Both the position numbers and the translations under genes were made by a program. The notes under the pieces are model-generated. The model was given only the letters and a program-made list of their open reading frames with translations, did not search any database and was not told the origin of the DNA. From Bacteroidota bacterium (GTDB taxonomy: Bacteria; Bacteroidota; Bacteroidia; UKL13-3), in NCBI GenBank assembly GCA_947485745.1, contig CANKQY010000002.1:21018-85017 (forward strand): a DNA stretch of 64,000 nt, in the 5' to 3' direction. Shown here in pieces: positions 27,636-37,317 of this stretch; position 1 is the first letter of the stretch; the number at the start of each line of letters is the position of its first letter.

Positions 27636-28136
27636 TTATTGCGGTGTATTTGTGACTCTCAATTGCCTTCCAAATACACTTACATAATATTGTTTCAAGC
27701 CCCTATCTGCGGGCCCAGATACCTGACTTCCATTTCCTGCAAGAAATCTCGAATTGCAACAAGGTGTAAATTTACCTCCACTTCCAGTAAATTGCCCACA
27801 ACGATAATACAAGGTTGAACTATCAACGCTCACTATACTGCATGAACTATCCACTTTGTATGGACATGACCTATCAAAAGCAACATATTGGTCTGGGCCA
27901 GAAAAACCAGTATTGTATACAATTACTCCTCTGTTTCTATAACCATATCCTGCTTGATAAGCATAACCATTTGGGAAATTTAAATCTGCATTAAGTGGCA
28001 AATCAAGATTGATATAGAAGTCAACATTAACTGCTAGAAAAAAATCTTGGTTCGACACATTTTTGGCATCTTTTTTACAATTAGTAAAGCAAAAAAGGAA
28101 TAACAATGTTGCAATTAGCGTATTATTTTTTTTCAT
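27636..28136 (-). CDS. hypothetical Cys-rich lipoprotein
   Basis: Lipobox LFCFTNC. The mature part contains 6 further Cys (DRSCPYKVDSSCSIV...YYRCGQF...TPCCNSRF). Confidence 0.5.
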   Translation of the reverse strand: MKKNNTLIATLLFLFCFTNCKKDAKNVSNQDFFLAVNVDFYINLDLPLNADLNFPNGYAYQAGYGYRNRGVIVYNTGFSGPDQYVAFDRSCPYKVDSSCSIVSVDSSTLYYRCGQFTGSGGKFTPCCNSRFLAGNGSQVSGPADRGLKQYYVSVFGRQLRVTNTPQ

Positions 28137-28152
28137 TATTTTTGGTTCGAAC

Positions 28153-28668
28153 CTAATTGTTTTTAATAACTTTTTCCATGAGTGTTACATCAATATAAGA
28201 CCCAAATTTTTGCCCTACTTCATGCATAACGCCTACAATTGCAAATCCGTTTCGTTGATGCAATCTTATGCTTAAATCATTGCCTTGAGAAATGCGTGAT
28301 AACAAATAATGCAAGCCAAGTTTTTCTCCTTGATTTACCAATTCGGCAAACAATAAACTACCTATACCTTGGCCTTTGTAATCTATATGAACATAAATTG
28401 AAACCTCCGCTGTTCCGTCATAAGCTGCCCTGTCGCTCCATTTATTCAAACTTGCCCAAGCTGCAACTTTATCACCCACACATGCCACCAATACTGGGTG
28501 TTGTTTTTGGCGCTGTTTGAACCAATCCATGCGGTTTTCTATACTCTTTGTTTCGGTATCAAATGTGGCTACTCCATTTAAAACAGCTTCGTTGTAGATT
28601 TCTGTAATGGCTGGAATATCAGCTTCGGTGGCAAGTCTTATGCCTAATATTTTTGGATCAATATGCAT
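28153..28668 (-). CDS. GNAT-family N-acetyltransferase (phosphinothricin-acetyltransferase-like)
   Basis: IRLATEADIPAITEIYNEAVLNGVATFDTE... and the acetyl-CoA binding block YKGQGIGSLLF. Start moved to ATG 28668 (MHIDPK...), which overlaps the upstream gene end by 11 nt. Confidence 0.8.
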   Translation of the reverse strand: MHIDPKILGIRLATEADIPAITEIYNEAVLNGVATFDTETKSIENRMDWFKQRQKQHPVLVACVGDKVAAWASLNKWSDRAAYDGTAEVSIYVHIDYKGQGIGSLLFAELVNQGEKLGLHYLLSRISQGNDLSIRLHQRNGFAIVGVMHEVGQKFGSYIDVTLMEKVIKNN

Positions 28669-29506
28669 AAAATCCGCGACCTGTTTTTCTGCCATGGTAA
28701 CCAGCATCTACTTTTTGTTGTTGAATTCTGCTTGGTCTAAATTTGCTGTCCTGATGAAAAAGCGCATAAACACTGCTAGTTACGGCGAAGTTAGTATCCA
28801 CACCAATTAAATCCATTAACCTAAATGGGCCCATTTTAAAACCACTACTTTCCATTAATGCATCTATATCTTCAAAGCTGCAAACATTTTCTTCAAGTAT
28901 TTTCAAACCCTCTACATAAAAGTGCCTGGCCACTCTGTTAACAATAAAACCAGGAGCATCTTTAGCCATAACACATGTTTTGCCCATACTTTCAATGAAT
29001 AACTTACAAGTTTGGGCAACCTCATTACTTGTTTGAACCCCACTGATAATTTCTACCAATTTCATAATTGGCGCTGGATTAAAGAAATGAATACCTACCA
29101 CTCTTTCTGGATAATTTATCTTTGCTGCAATTTGTGTTACAGGGATAGAGGAAGTATTGGTTGCTAAAATGCAAGTTTCTTTATTGATAGCTGCAACTGA
29201 TTGAAAAAACTGGTCTTTTACATCTAAACGCTCCACTACGGCTTCAATAATTAAATCTGCCACTAGGTGGTTTATCTCTGAAGTATATTTAATCTTTTCT
29301 TGTATAGCAACACTCTGGGTTAGTGTAATTTTTTGCTTTTCAACCAAAAACTGTAATGATTTTTTTATAACTAATTCTGCCTTTTGCAGCATGACAGGGC
29401 TTATATCAAAAAGAATGGTTGAAAAGCCCGCTGTGGCAGTAACTTGAGCAATACCACTCCCCATAGTTCCTGCTCCTGCAATGGCAATAGTTGTAATATC
29501 TGACAT
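28658..29506 (-). CDS. 3-hydroxyacyl-CoA / 3-hydroxybutyryl-CoA dehydrogenase
   Basis: NAD-binding motif IAIAGAGTMGSGIAQ, then NTSS, HFFNP and PGFIVNR. ATG 29506 preferred over TTG 29530. Confidence 0.85.
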   Translation of the reverse strand: MSDITTIAIAGAGTMGSGIAQVTATAGFSTILFDISPVMLQKAELVIKKSLQFLVEKQKITLTQSVAIQEKIKYTSEINHLVADLIIEAVVERLDVKDQFFQSVAAINKETCILATNTSSIPVTQIAAKINYPERVVGIHFFNPAPIMKLVEIISGVQTSNEVAQTCKLFIESMGKTCVMAKDAPGFIVNRVARHFYVEGLKILEENVCSFEDIDALMESSGFKMGPFRLMDLIGVDTNFAVTSSVYALFHQDSKFRPSRIQQQKVDAGYHGRKTGRGFYAY

Positions 29507-29580
29507 GATTATTTCTCTTTTATGTGTCAAATTTACTCAAAAACTATTTAGGCACTTGCATTGCTATTAAAAATATAACT

Positions 29581-29588
29581 TAATTTTG
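29581..29588 (+). promoter_or_regulatory. -7 promoter box TAATTTTG
   Basis: Fits the Bacteroidota TAnnTTTG consensus, 21 nt upstream of the IscA/ErpA-like start. Confidence 0.35.
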
Positions 29589-29608
29589 TATCCTAAATAT
29601 ACTTGTAT

Positions 29609-29935
29609 ATGATAACTGTTAGCGAAAAAGCAAAAACGCGCATAGCGCAACTTATAGATGAAAACCACTACGATGCTTCCTATTTTTTAAGAGTAGGCGT
29701 TGATAGTGGAGGGTGTTCAGGCTTATCTTACAAGCTTGATTTTGATAATGAAGCCAAAACTGGCGATGAAATTTTTGACCAGAATGGGGTTAAAGTAGTA
29801 ACCGATAAGCGGTCAGTGCTTTATCTTTTTGGTACAGAATTGGATTTTACAGATGGCTTGAATGGAAAGGGATTTACTTTCAACAATCCAAACGCCTCAC
29901 GTACATGTAGTTGCGGTGAAAGCTTCTCGGTTTGA
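29609..29935 (+). CDS. iron-sulfur cluster insertion protein, HesB/IscA/ErpA family
   Basis: ITVSEKAKTRIAQL..., GGCSGLSY and the C-terminal CSCGESF cysteine triad. Confidence 0.85.
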   Translation: MITVSEKAKTRIAQLIDENHYDASYFLRVGVDSGGCSGLSYKLDFDNEAKTGDEIFDQNGVKVVTDKRSVLYLFGTELDFTDGLNGKGFTFNNPNASRTCSCGESFSV

Positions 29936-29955
29936 GGATAATTTTTCATTGAACT

Positions 29956-29985
29956 TTTGATTTTATACACAAATGCCTATATTTG
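29956..29985 (+). promoter_or_regulatory. candidate Bacteroidota sigma-A promoter (TTTG-N18-TATATTTG) for rpsT
   Basis: TTTG at 29956-29959 and TATATTTG at 29978-29985, about 55 nt upstream of the rpsT ATG. Confidence 0.45.
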
Positions 29986-30038
29986 CCCTCCCTTTTAAGT
30001 GCATCATAGGGGAAATTAAAAAGATAAGTATTTAGAAC

Positions 30039-30365
30039 ATGGCAAATCATAGCTCAGCAAAGAAAAGAATTAGAAACAACGCAACTAAGCGTTTACGTAA
30101 TCGTTACCAAGCAAAAACAACTCGTACATTGGCAAAACGCCTGCGTGAATCAACTGTAAAAAGTGAAGCAGCAGCTTTGTTAGTGGAAGTGAGTTCTATG
30201 TTGGATAAATTGGCTAAACGTAGCATTATTCACAAGAATAAGGCGGCTAATCAAAAATCTAAATTGGCCAAAGTGGTTAATAAAGTTGGAACAGTAGTTG
30301 CTGCAGTTAAAAAAGCTGCGCCAAAAGCGGCTAAGAAAGTAGTTACTAAAAGCAAAAAGAAATAA
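30039..30365 (+). CDS. rpsT: 30S ribosomal protein S20, with a Lys/Ala-rich C-terminal extension
   Basis: MANHSSAKKRIRNNATKRLRNRYQAKTTR... is the canonical S20 N-terminus. The last ~25 aa are (K/A/V)-rich: VVAAVKKAAPKAAKKVVTKSKKK. Confidence 0.9.
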   Translation: MANHSSAKKRIRNNATKRLRNRYQAKTTRTLAKRLRESTVKSEAAALLVEVSSMLDKLAKRSIIHKNKAANQKSKLAKVVNKVGTVVAAVKKAAPKAAKKVVTKSKKK

Positions 30366-30389
30366 TTAACGAGTAAAATTATAGAAGAA

Positions 30390-30414
30390 GCCTCCGAATT
30401 TCGGGGGCTTTTTT
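30390..30414 (+). terminator. rho-independent terminator after rpsT
   Basis: GCCTCCGA / TCGGGGGC stem (one G-U pair) followed by TTTTTT. Confidence 0.7.
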
Positions 30415-30520
30415 CGTATATATTTTTGGTAAATGGTTAGGGCATAATTGTTAATAATCATCTGATTTATAGGATTTAAGTTGTGGCAGTTTTTGGCATT
30501 ACTTTTACAGATGCCTACCT

Positions 30521-31228
30521 TTGGGCATGGAACAAGTAAAATCCCCCTTTTTTGGAATAAAACAATTGGCCGAAGACGAACGACCAAGAGAGAAATTACT
30601 ACTCAGCGGTGCAAGAGCCTTAACCCATGCTGAGCTTTTGGCAATTTTGATTGGAAGTGGTAATAAAAATGCCTCTGCCTTGCAGTTAGGACAAGAAATT
30701 TTGCAGCTAGCCAATCAAAGTGTGATAGATTTGAGTAGAATGACAATTTCTGATTTAACTGCTATCAAAGGAATTGGCGAAGCAAAGGCAATAACCCTAT
30801 GTGCGGCGCTAGAATTAGGAAAAAGAAGGAGGGAAGAAGAAGCCCGGAAAACGGTCAAAATTGTTTCAAGCCGCGATGCTTTTTTATACTTTGAGCCACT
30901 AATGGAAGATTATCGTCATGAAGAGTTTTGGGTTTTGTTACTCAATAGAAATAATTTGGTGATAGCCCAAAAGCGAATTAGTATTGGCGGAGTTGCTGGT
31001 ACTGTGGTTGATCCAAAAATTATTTTTAAAGTGGCATTAGATCATGTTGCAAGCAGTATTATCTTATGTCACAATCATCCCTCTGGGAATTTAAATCCCA
31101 GTTTACAAGATCGAGAAATCACAAGTAAACTCAAAGAAGCAGGGCGTTTGTTAGATATAGCTGTAACTGATCATCTAATTATTGGGAATAACCAGTATTT
31201 TAGCTTTTCTGACAGCGGTTTACTTTAA
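30521..31228 (+). CDS. radC: RadC-family JAB/MPN-domain protein
   Basis: ERPREKLLLSG, HhH-like IKGIGEAKA and the JAMM-like motif HNHPSGNLNPSLQD. The start may be ATG 30527. Confidence 0.85.
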   Translation: MGMEQVKSPFFGIKQLAEDERPREKLLLSGARALTHAELLAILIGSGNKNASALQLGQEILQLANQSVIDLSRMTISDLTAIKGIGEAKAITLCAALELGKRRREEEARKTVKIVSSRDAFLYFEPLMEDYRHEEFWVLLLNRNNLVIAQKRISIGGVAGTVVDPKIIFKVALDHVASSIILCHNHPSGNLNPSLQDREITSKLKEAGRLLDIAVTDHLIIGNNQYFSFSDSGLL

Positions 31229-31289
31229 TTTTTATTTATTTTTTAAATGGTCTCAGTTTAAATAAGTATTTAATTATTTTTGACCTGAT

Positions 31290-31808
31290 ATGTTTTTAAA
31301 GCCAATTCAACATTTTCGAAAATGGATAAAGCAATTTCCTACAGCCAAGAAATTCTTAAAATTTGGAATTGTTGGGGCAACCAGCGCATGCGTTAGTCTT
31401 GGTGTGTTTTGGCTAATATCATTGCAATACCCGGCCTTTAACCTACTTTCCAAAGCAATAGGTTATGTAATGGGCTTCTTTGTTGGATTTACTTTAAATA
31501 AATTTTGGACCTATATAGAACATACCGAAGAAGATGAGAAATACCTATTAAAGTATATTTTAGTTTATGGTGTAACCTTAATTATTTTCTTAATTCTTAA
31601 CTTTCTTTTTGATCACTGGTTGCATCCAAATGAGTGGTTTGCTGCCTTAGCTCAGAATTTGGATTTAACGCTGTTGTCTCTTTTTCTGATACAAAACGGC
31701 CCTTTGGTTTCAAACTTATTGGCCATTTTCATTAACATTTTTTTGAACTTTATAGGAACCAATAAACTCGTTTTTAAAGTGCCAGAGCCAGAAAACTTGT
31801 TCGAATAA
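31290..31808 (+). CDS. GtrA-family membrane protein
   Basis: KFLKFGIVGATSACVSLGVFWL...FTLNKFWTY... and C-terminal IGTNKLVFK. Four TM helices. Confidence 0.7.
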   Translation: MFLKPIQHFRKWIKQFPTAKKFLKFGIVGATSACVSLGVFWLISLQYPAFNLLSKAIGYVMGFFVGFTLNKFWTYIEHTEEDEKYLLKYILVYGVTLIIFLILNFLFDHWLHPNEWFAALAQNLDLTLLSLFLIQNGPLVSNLLAIFINIFLNFIGTNKLVFKVPEPENLFE

Positions 31809-31834
31809 AAGCAATTATATTTTTTATCCCATTG

Positions 31835-34654
31835 TTATTTACTCAAGTACATACTTTTCTCCTTATATAGATGCCTAAAATAAGGGTCTTGTAAGTCTTT
31901 TATAAAACGAATTGCCTCTCCAGTTGATTTCATTTCAGGTCCTAGCTCTTTCTTTACCTCAGGAAATTTCTCATATGAAAATACTGGTTCTTTGATAGCA
32001 TAACCAACCAACTTTCTTTCAAATTTAAAGTCTTGTAGCTGATTAGCACCAAGCATTATTTTGGTTGCAATATTAATGTATGGAATTTGGTATGCCTTAG
32101 CTATGAATGGCACGGTTCTGCTAGCTCTAGGATTGGCTTCAATAACGTATACCTTTTCGTTTTTAATGGCAAATTGGATGTTCAACAATCCAACAATATT
32201 CATTTTAATGGCAAGGTTGCGGGCATATTTTTCCATGGTATCTTGCACATGTTGGCTCAAGCTAAATGGTGGCAAAACGGCATAGCTATCACCACTATGT
32301 ATACCTGCTGGCTCTATGTGTTCCATCATGCCAATTACATTTGCATCTTGTCCATCACAAATCAAATCTATTTCCGCTTCTTCTGCCCTGTCTAAAAAGT
32401 GATCAATTAAAACCCTATTGCCTGGCAAATCACCCAATAATGAAATTACCGCTTGCTCTAAATCTTCATCATTGATTACAATTTTCATTCCTTGCCCACC
32501 TAATACGTAACTTGGCCTCACCAATACAGGATACCCAATTTTATTGGCAACCGCCACAGCTTCATCTGCATCTTCTGCTACGCCATAATCTGGGTATGGG
32601 ATATCTAATTCTTTTAACAAATCGGAGAATGAACCCCTGTCTTCAGATATGTCCATATTGGCAAAACTGGTACCAATTATTTTAACGCCCATTGCCTCTA
32701 GTTTCCTTGCAAGTTTTAAGGCCGTTTGACCACCAAGTTGCACAATTACGCCCTCTGGTTTTTCAAGCTCAACTATTTCTCTCAAGGCTTCCCAAAAAAC
32801 AGGCTCAAAGTATAGTTTATCTGCCATGTCAAAGTCTGTACTTACCGTTTCGGGGTTACAATTGATCATGATGGCTTCAAAACCAGATTCTTTTGCGGCC
32901 AAAAGACCATGCACGCAGCTATAGTCAAACTCTATTCCTTGTCCAATTCGGTTCGGACCAGATCCTAAAACAATTACTTTCTTTTTATCACTAACGATGC
33001 TTTCGTTTTCGCCATCAAAGCTTGAATAGAAATAGTTTGTTGGTGAAGGAAATTCGGCTGCGCAAGTATCAACCATTTTATAAATGCGGTTTATGCCCAT
33101 TGATTTTCTTAAATCCCATACCTCATCTTCTGTGGTATCTCCACCAAGTAGGTAGGCAATTTGAATATCGCTGTAACCTTTTTGTTTGAGCTCAACCATT
33201 AACTCTTTTGGCAGGGTAGCTAAGTTAAAACGTTTGGCATCACTTTCTAAGCGCACCATATCGTTTATCTGTGTTAAAAACCAACGGTCTATTCGAGTGA
33301 TTTTTTCGACAGAAGATATGGGCATTCCTAAGCTCAATGCATCTTTCACAGCAAAAATCCTGTCCCAACTTGCGTTCTTCAATTTATCTACAATATTTTC
33401 CAAGTTGCGCTCTTGGTAGCCGTCTGAACCCAAACCGTTGCGTTTGATTTCTAGGCTTTGTGTGGCTTTTTGTAAGGCCTCAATAAAGGTTCTTCCAATA
33501 CCCATTACCTCGCCTACCGATTTCATTTGTAGGCCTAATGTTTTATTTGCGCCTTTGAATTTATCAAAATTCCAGCGAGGTATTTTTACAATCACATAAT
33601 CAATGGCTGGTTCAAAGTATGCTGAAGTAGTTTTGGTAACAGGATTTTTCAATTCATCTAAATGATAGCCAATTGCCAGTTTAGCTGCAATTTTAGCAAT
33701 AGGGTAACCAGTAGCTTTACTTGCGAGTGCCGATGACCTAGAAACCCTAGGGTTAATTTCAACAGAAATAATTGCCTCATCTTCTGGGTTCACGGCAAAT
33801 TGAACGTTACAACCTCCGGCAAAATTTCCTATTGATCGCATCATGTGGATGGCCATGGTACGCATTCTTTGAAAAACAGTATCACTTAAGGTCATAGCAG
33901 GAGCTACTGTTATTGAATCTCCTGTATGAATGCCCATTGGATCGAAATTTTCGATGGTACAAATGATGGCTACACTATCATTTTGATCACGCAACAACTC
34001 TAGTTCATATTCTTTCCAGCCAAATACTGCTTTTTCAACCAATACTTCATGTGTAGGCGAAGCAGATAATCCGCGTTGCAATGCTGCATCTAATTCTTCC
34101 TTTACCCAAACAAAACCTCCACCCGATCCACCTAAAGTATAAGAAGGCCTAATTACCAATGGGAACCCTATTCTTTGGGCGATCTCTTTGCCTTCCAAGA
34201 ATGAATTTGCCACATTAGAATCTGCAACTGGCACACCAATATCAATCATTTTTTGGCGGAATTTCTCCCTATTTTCTGTTGTTTCTATGGCATCAATGTC
34301 AACGCCAATCATGCGCACATTGTATTTTATCCATAGGCCCATCTCATCACATTCAATGGCTAGGTTCAGCGCCGTTTGACCACCCATAGTAGGCAATACC
34401 GCATCTATTTGGTGCTCAGTTAATATTTGTTCAATAGAAGCAGGATTGAGCGGGAGCAAATACACATGATCTGCCGTAACGGGGTCGGTCATGATGGTGG
34501 CAGGGTTGCTATTGATAAGAATAACTTTGATTCCCTCTTCTTTGAGTGATCGAGCGGCTTGGCTTCCACTATAATCAAATTCACATGCTTGACCAATGAT
34601 GATTGGACCACTACCTATAAGTAGGACTGAACGAATACTGCTATCTTTTGGCAT
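31835..34654 (-). CDS. carB: carbamoyl-phosphate synthase large subunit (short form, 939 aa)
   Basis: Duplicated ATP-grasp halves (LLIGSGPIIIGQACEFDYSGSQA... and VIVLGSGPNRIGQGIEFDYSCVH...). The ORF ends right after the second synthetase half. Confidence 0.9.
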   Translation of the reverse strand: MPKDSSIRSVLLIGSGPIIIGQACEFDYSGSQAARSLKEEGIKVILINSNPATIMTDPVTADHVYLLPLNPASIEQILTEHQIDAVLPTMGGQTALNLAIECDEMGLWIKYNVRMIGVDIDAIETTENREKFRQKMIDIGVPVADSNVANSFLEGKEIAQRIGFPLVIRPSYTLGGSGGGFVWVKEELDAALQRGLSASPTHEVLVEKAVFGWKEYELELLRDQNDSVAIICTIENFDPMGIHTGDSITVAPAMTLSDTVFQRMRTMAIHMMRSIGNFAGGCNVQFAVNPEDEAIISVEINPRVSRSSALASKATGYPIAKIAAKLAIGYHLDELKNPVTKTTSAYFEPAIDYVIVKIPRWNFDKFKGANKTLGLQMKSVGEVMGIGRTFIEALQKATQSLEIKRNGLGSDGYQERNLENIVDKLKNASWDRIFAVKDALSLGMPISSVEKITRIDRWFLTQINDMVRLESDAKRFNLATLPKELMVELKQKGYSDIQIAYLLGGDTTEDEVWDLRKSMGINRIYKMVDTCAAEFPSPTNYFYSSFDGENESIVSDKKKVIVLGSGPNRIGQGIEFDYSCVHGLLAAKESGFEAIMINCNPETVSTDFDMADKLYFEPVFWEALREIVELEKPEGVIVQLGGQTALKLARKLEAMGVKIIGTSFANMDISEDRGSFSDLLKELDIPYPDYGVAEDADEAVAVANKIGYPVLVRPSYVLGGQGMKIVINDEDLEQAVISLLGDLPGNRVLIDHFLDRAEEAEIDLICDGQDANVIGMMEHIEPAGIHSGDSYAVLPPFSLSQHVQDTMEKYARNLAIKMNIVGLLNIQFAIKNEKVYVIEANPRASRTVPFIAKAYQIPYINIATKIMLGANQLQDFKFERKLVGYAIKEPVFSYEKFPEVKKELGPEMKSTGEAIRFIKDLQDPYFRHLYKEKSMYLSK

Positions 34655-34987
34655 TTTATTTAGATAATTTTTTTTACAAATTATACCACCCTACGTTAGG
34701 CATAGGTATAAATTATGCAAATTTAATTTGAAAAAGGGATTTGCGAAATCTATTTGTGATTATTTCTTAACATACTATAAATTTTCTGAACCCTTTTGCC
34801 ATTTGAATCTGTTTTACACCAAGCTTTATGCAAAAATTCTAGCGATAAAAATAAATGTCGCATTAGCCATTCTGTTAACTGTAGCTTGAATCGTAGATAA
34901 AATGCAAAAATAACAAACGCTTAATACTTGCTTTTGCAGAAGAGTTCTATTGTTTTATCATCCCAATCCGACTTCACTTTTTAAAAA

Positions 34988-37195
34988 TTAAAAAACCCAA
35001 TTGAGGGTGCAGAAAATATTTCTATTAGCCGCAGGAAATACCAGAGCGTTTTGACCTATGAGGCCATTGTTGTTGATACTATTAAACCCACCAATGCTGC
35101 CCGAAGGCGCGTATTTAGTATTAGCTAAATTATTTATTCTCAAACTAATTCTAGGGAGGCCCAATTTACTATACTCTTTTGGTTCAAACCCAAATTGAAG
35201 ATCAATAGTTTGAAAGGAAGGAATTGAAAGGTCTTTGTTTTGAGTATTATCTAAATATTGCATGCTCACATACCTAAAATTAGCCTCAACTAATAAATGT
35301 CCTTTGAACCAATCACTTTCTAAGCCTAAGTAATGAATTTGATTAGGACTTAAAGCTAAATTTGTATTTGAAAAGCTAATGGTGAGATCACTATTTTGAT
35401 CGATATTATAATAGGTTTGATTGAGTTCTTTTATGGTATTTTTGCTCAATGAGGAGCTTATCCAAAATCCAAAATGTGAAGCAATTTTTCCATGTAAATC
35501 TGCCTCAATTCCTCTTCTACTGCTTTTACCCACATTGCCTGTAATCGGATAACCAAAGTTATTGAGTGCCCCGGTACTAACAATTTGGTTTTGAAATTCC
35601 ATGGCAAAAAGATTCATCTTTCCTTTAACGCTGCCATTAAATTCTGTACCTACCTCTAAGTCTATAACTTGTTCTGGGTTAATCTCATTTTGTTTAATAT
35701 CTCTTGGCGCAAAATCGTCTTGTAAATAGTCAAATCTTGTTGGTTCACGCTGGCTATACCCAGCCATTGCATATAAGGCAAACAAATTGTTCAATGCAAT
35801 TCTTGATCCAATTTTTGGATTAAAAAAAGTCCAATACATATCCTCCACTTTACCATCATTAGGGCGGTATTGCGTTTCTTTAGATTTGTATTTAAAGCTC
35901 ACTGTTCTTATTTGTAAATCTGCAAAAAGGGATGTTTTTTCATTGATGCAATAGTTAAATTTTGCAAACCCACTCAGTTCTTTTTTATAGCCAGTATTAA
36001 AATATACTTGGTGATTTTGTTTGATGCCATTAGGGATAGTATTTGCCCAATTTACCTCCATAAAATGATCCGATTTAAATGTGTTTGCATGTAATCCAGT
36101 GATGAAATTCACTTTGCCTTTTTGTAATTGATAGGTTATAAAACCACCAAGATACTGTTGGTTTAGGCGGTAAGAGGTCATAACATTTCCAGGGTAAAGG
36201 GTGTCGGATGAGCCACTTAATAAGTATGGGCTAGCCTGCATGTTTAAAGAATTAAATGTATACCAACCTTCTGCTAAATATTGAAATTTTGGGGCGCTGC
36301 CTTTTACAAAATAAACAGAGGCGCTAATGGTTTGACCTTTTCCAAGGTTATAGCTGTATTGCACTTGATTAAAGTATTGTTTAAAAGCATCTGTTTCGCC
36401 ATTGGTAAAATTGTTGGTTTTTGGATTGTTTTCGAAAGTTGTTTTATCAACTCCAGTATATGCTAGCATGCTATTTGAATTGCCACCAAAGAAATTGAAT
36501 TTAAGCATAGATTTTTTGCCCAAATGTCCCAGGCTGAAGTGATAAGATTTTGATTCAGAACCAGAGTTTTGTCTGTAACCATCAGTTTTTACCTGTCCTA
36601 ATCTTGCGTAAACCATCCAATGATTTTCAATAAGGCCAGTTTGTAATTCGGCAGTAAAGCGGCTTGAACCAAAAGAACCGGTGCCAATGTTGATGTTTGT
36701 GCTTGCTTTTTCTGTGAGATTTTTTGTAGTTATATTAACACTTCCACCAAAAGCTGAAGTTCCGTTGGTAGATGTTCCAATGCCCCTTTGAACCTGTATT
36801 TGTTGGGCACTGCTAGCCAAATCTGCAAAATTGTTGAAGTAAACACCTTGGTTCTCTGGGTCATTTATAGGGATACCATTAACAGTTGTATTGATGCGAG
36901 TTTGGTCCATGCCGCGCAACCTAAAATAACTATAACCTATACCTGTTCCATTATCACTGTACATATTGATGGAAGGGGTTGCCAAAAGGAGCGTAGGAAT
37001 ATCAGCGCCATAATATAATTTACTGATTCTTTTTTGGTTGAGGGAGGAGAAGCTGATAGGAGTTTTTTCATTGGCTTGCAAGCCAGAAACCACAGCCTCT
37101 TGCAATACGTTTTTTATTTCATTGCTGTCGATTTGAGCAAAAATGGATACTGAGCTTAATAAAATTAGGCTAAAGAATACAATAAGATTTTTCAT
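34988..37195 (-). CDS. TonB-dependent receptor (predicted thiamine-related outer-membrane transporter)
   Basis: Signal peptide, plug domain (RLRGMDQTRINTTVNGIPINDPE) and a 22-strand-type barrel ending in a C-terminal aromatic (...LNWVF). Preceded by a TPP riboswitch on the same strand. Confidence 0.85.
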   Translation of the reverse strand: MKNLIVFFSLILLSSVSIFAQIDSNEIKNVLQEAVVSGLQANEKTPISFSSLNQKRISKLYYGADIPTLLLATPSINMYSDNGTGIGYSYFRLRGMDQTRINTTVNGIPINDPENQGVYFNNFADLASSAQQIQVQRGIGTSTNGTSAFGGSVNITTKNLTEKASTNINIGTGSFGSSRFTAELQTGLIENHWMVYARLGQVKTDGYRQNSGSESKSYHFSLGHLGKKSMLKFNFFGGNSNSMLAYTGVDKTTFENNPKTNNFTNGETDAFKQYFNQVQYSYNLGKGQTISASVYFVKGSAPKFQYLAEGWYTFNSLNMQASPYLLSGSSDTLYPGNVMTSYRLNQQYLGGFITYQLQKGKVNFITGLHANTFKSDHFMEVNWANTIPNGIKQNHQVYFNTGYKKELSGFAKFNYCINEKTSLFADLQIRTVSFKYKSKETQYRPNDGKVEDMYWTFFNPKIGSRIALNNLFALYAMAGYSQREPTRFDYLQDDFAPRDIKQNEINPEQVIDLEVGTEFNGSVKGKMNLFAMEFQNQIVSTGALNNFGYPITGNVGKSSRRGIEADLHGKIASHFGFWISSSLSKNTIKELNQTYYNIDQNSDLTISFSNTNLALSPNQIHYLGLESDWFKGHLLVEANFRYVSMQYLDNTQNKDLSIPSFQTIDLQFGFEPKEYSKLGLPRISLRINNLANTKYAPSGSIGGFNSINNNGLIGQNALVFPAANRNIFCTLNWVF

Positions 37196-37317
37196 TTTTT
37201 TCTGGTTTTTTCAATAAGCAGAGGAAACTTATTGGTTGTTAATAAAAACCCAGAGAGAGACTAGCTCAAAAAAATACGCCAAGACAATTGATAAATTTCA
37301 ATTGAAATTCGTGGCTT

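Noticed and set aside
28658-29506. 3-hydroxyacyl-CoA dehydrogenase as a displaced member (paaH) of the paa cluster
   Set aside because: It lies 11 kb from paaABC, on the opposite strand, with unrelated genes between. The family is generic to beta-oxidation and butyrate metabolism, so no specific link can be supported.
30516-30523. TACCTTTG -7-like box immediately before radC
   Set aside because: It overlaps or abuts the only plausible radC start codons (30521/30527), so a transcript initiated from it would lack the start. The match is probably fortuitous.
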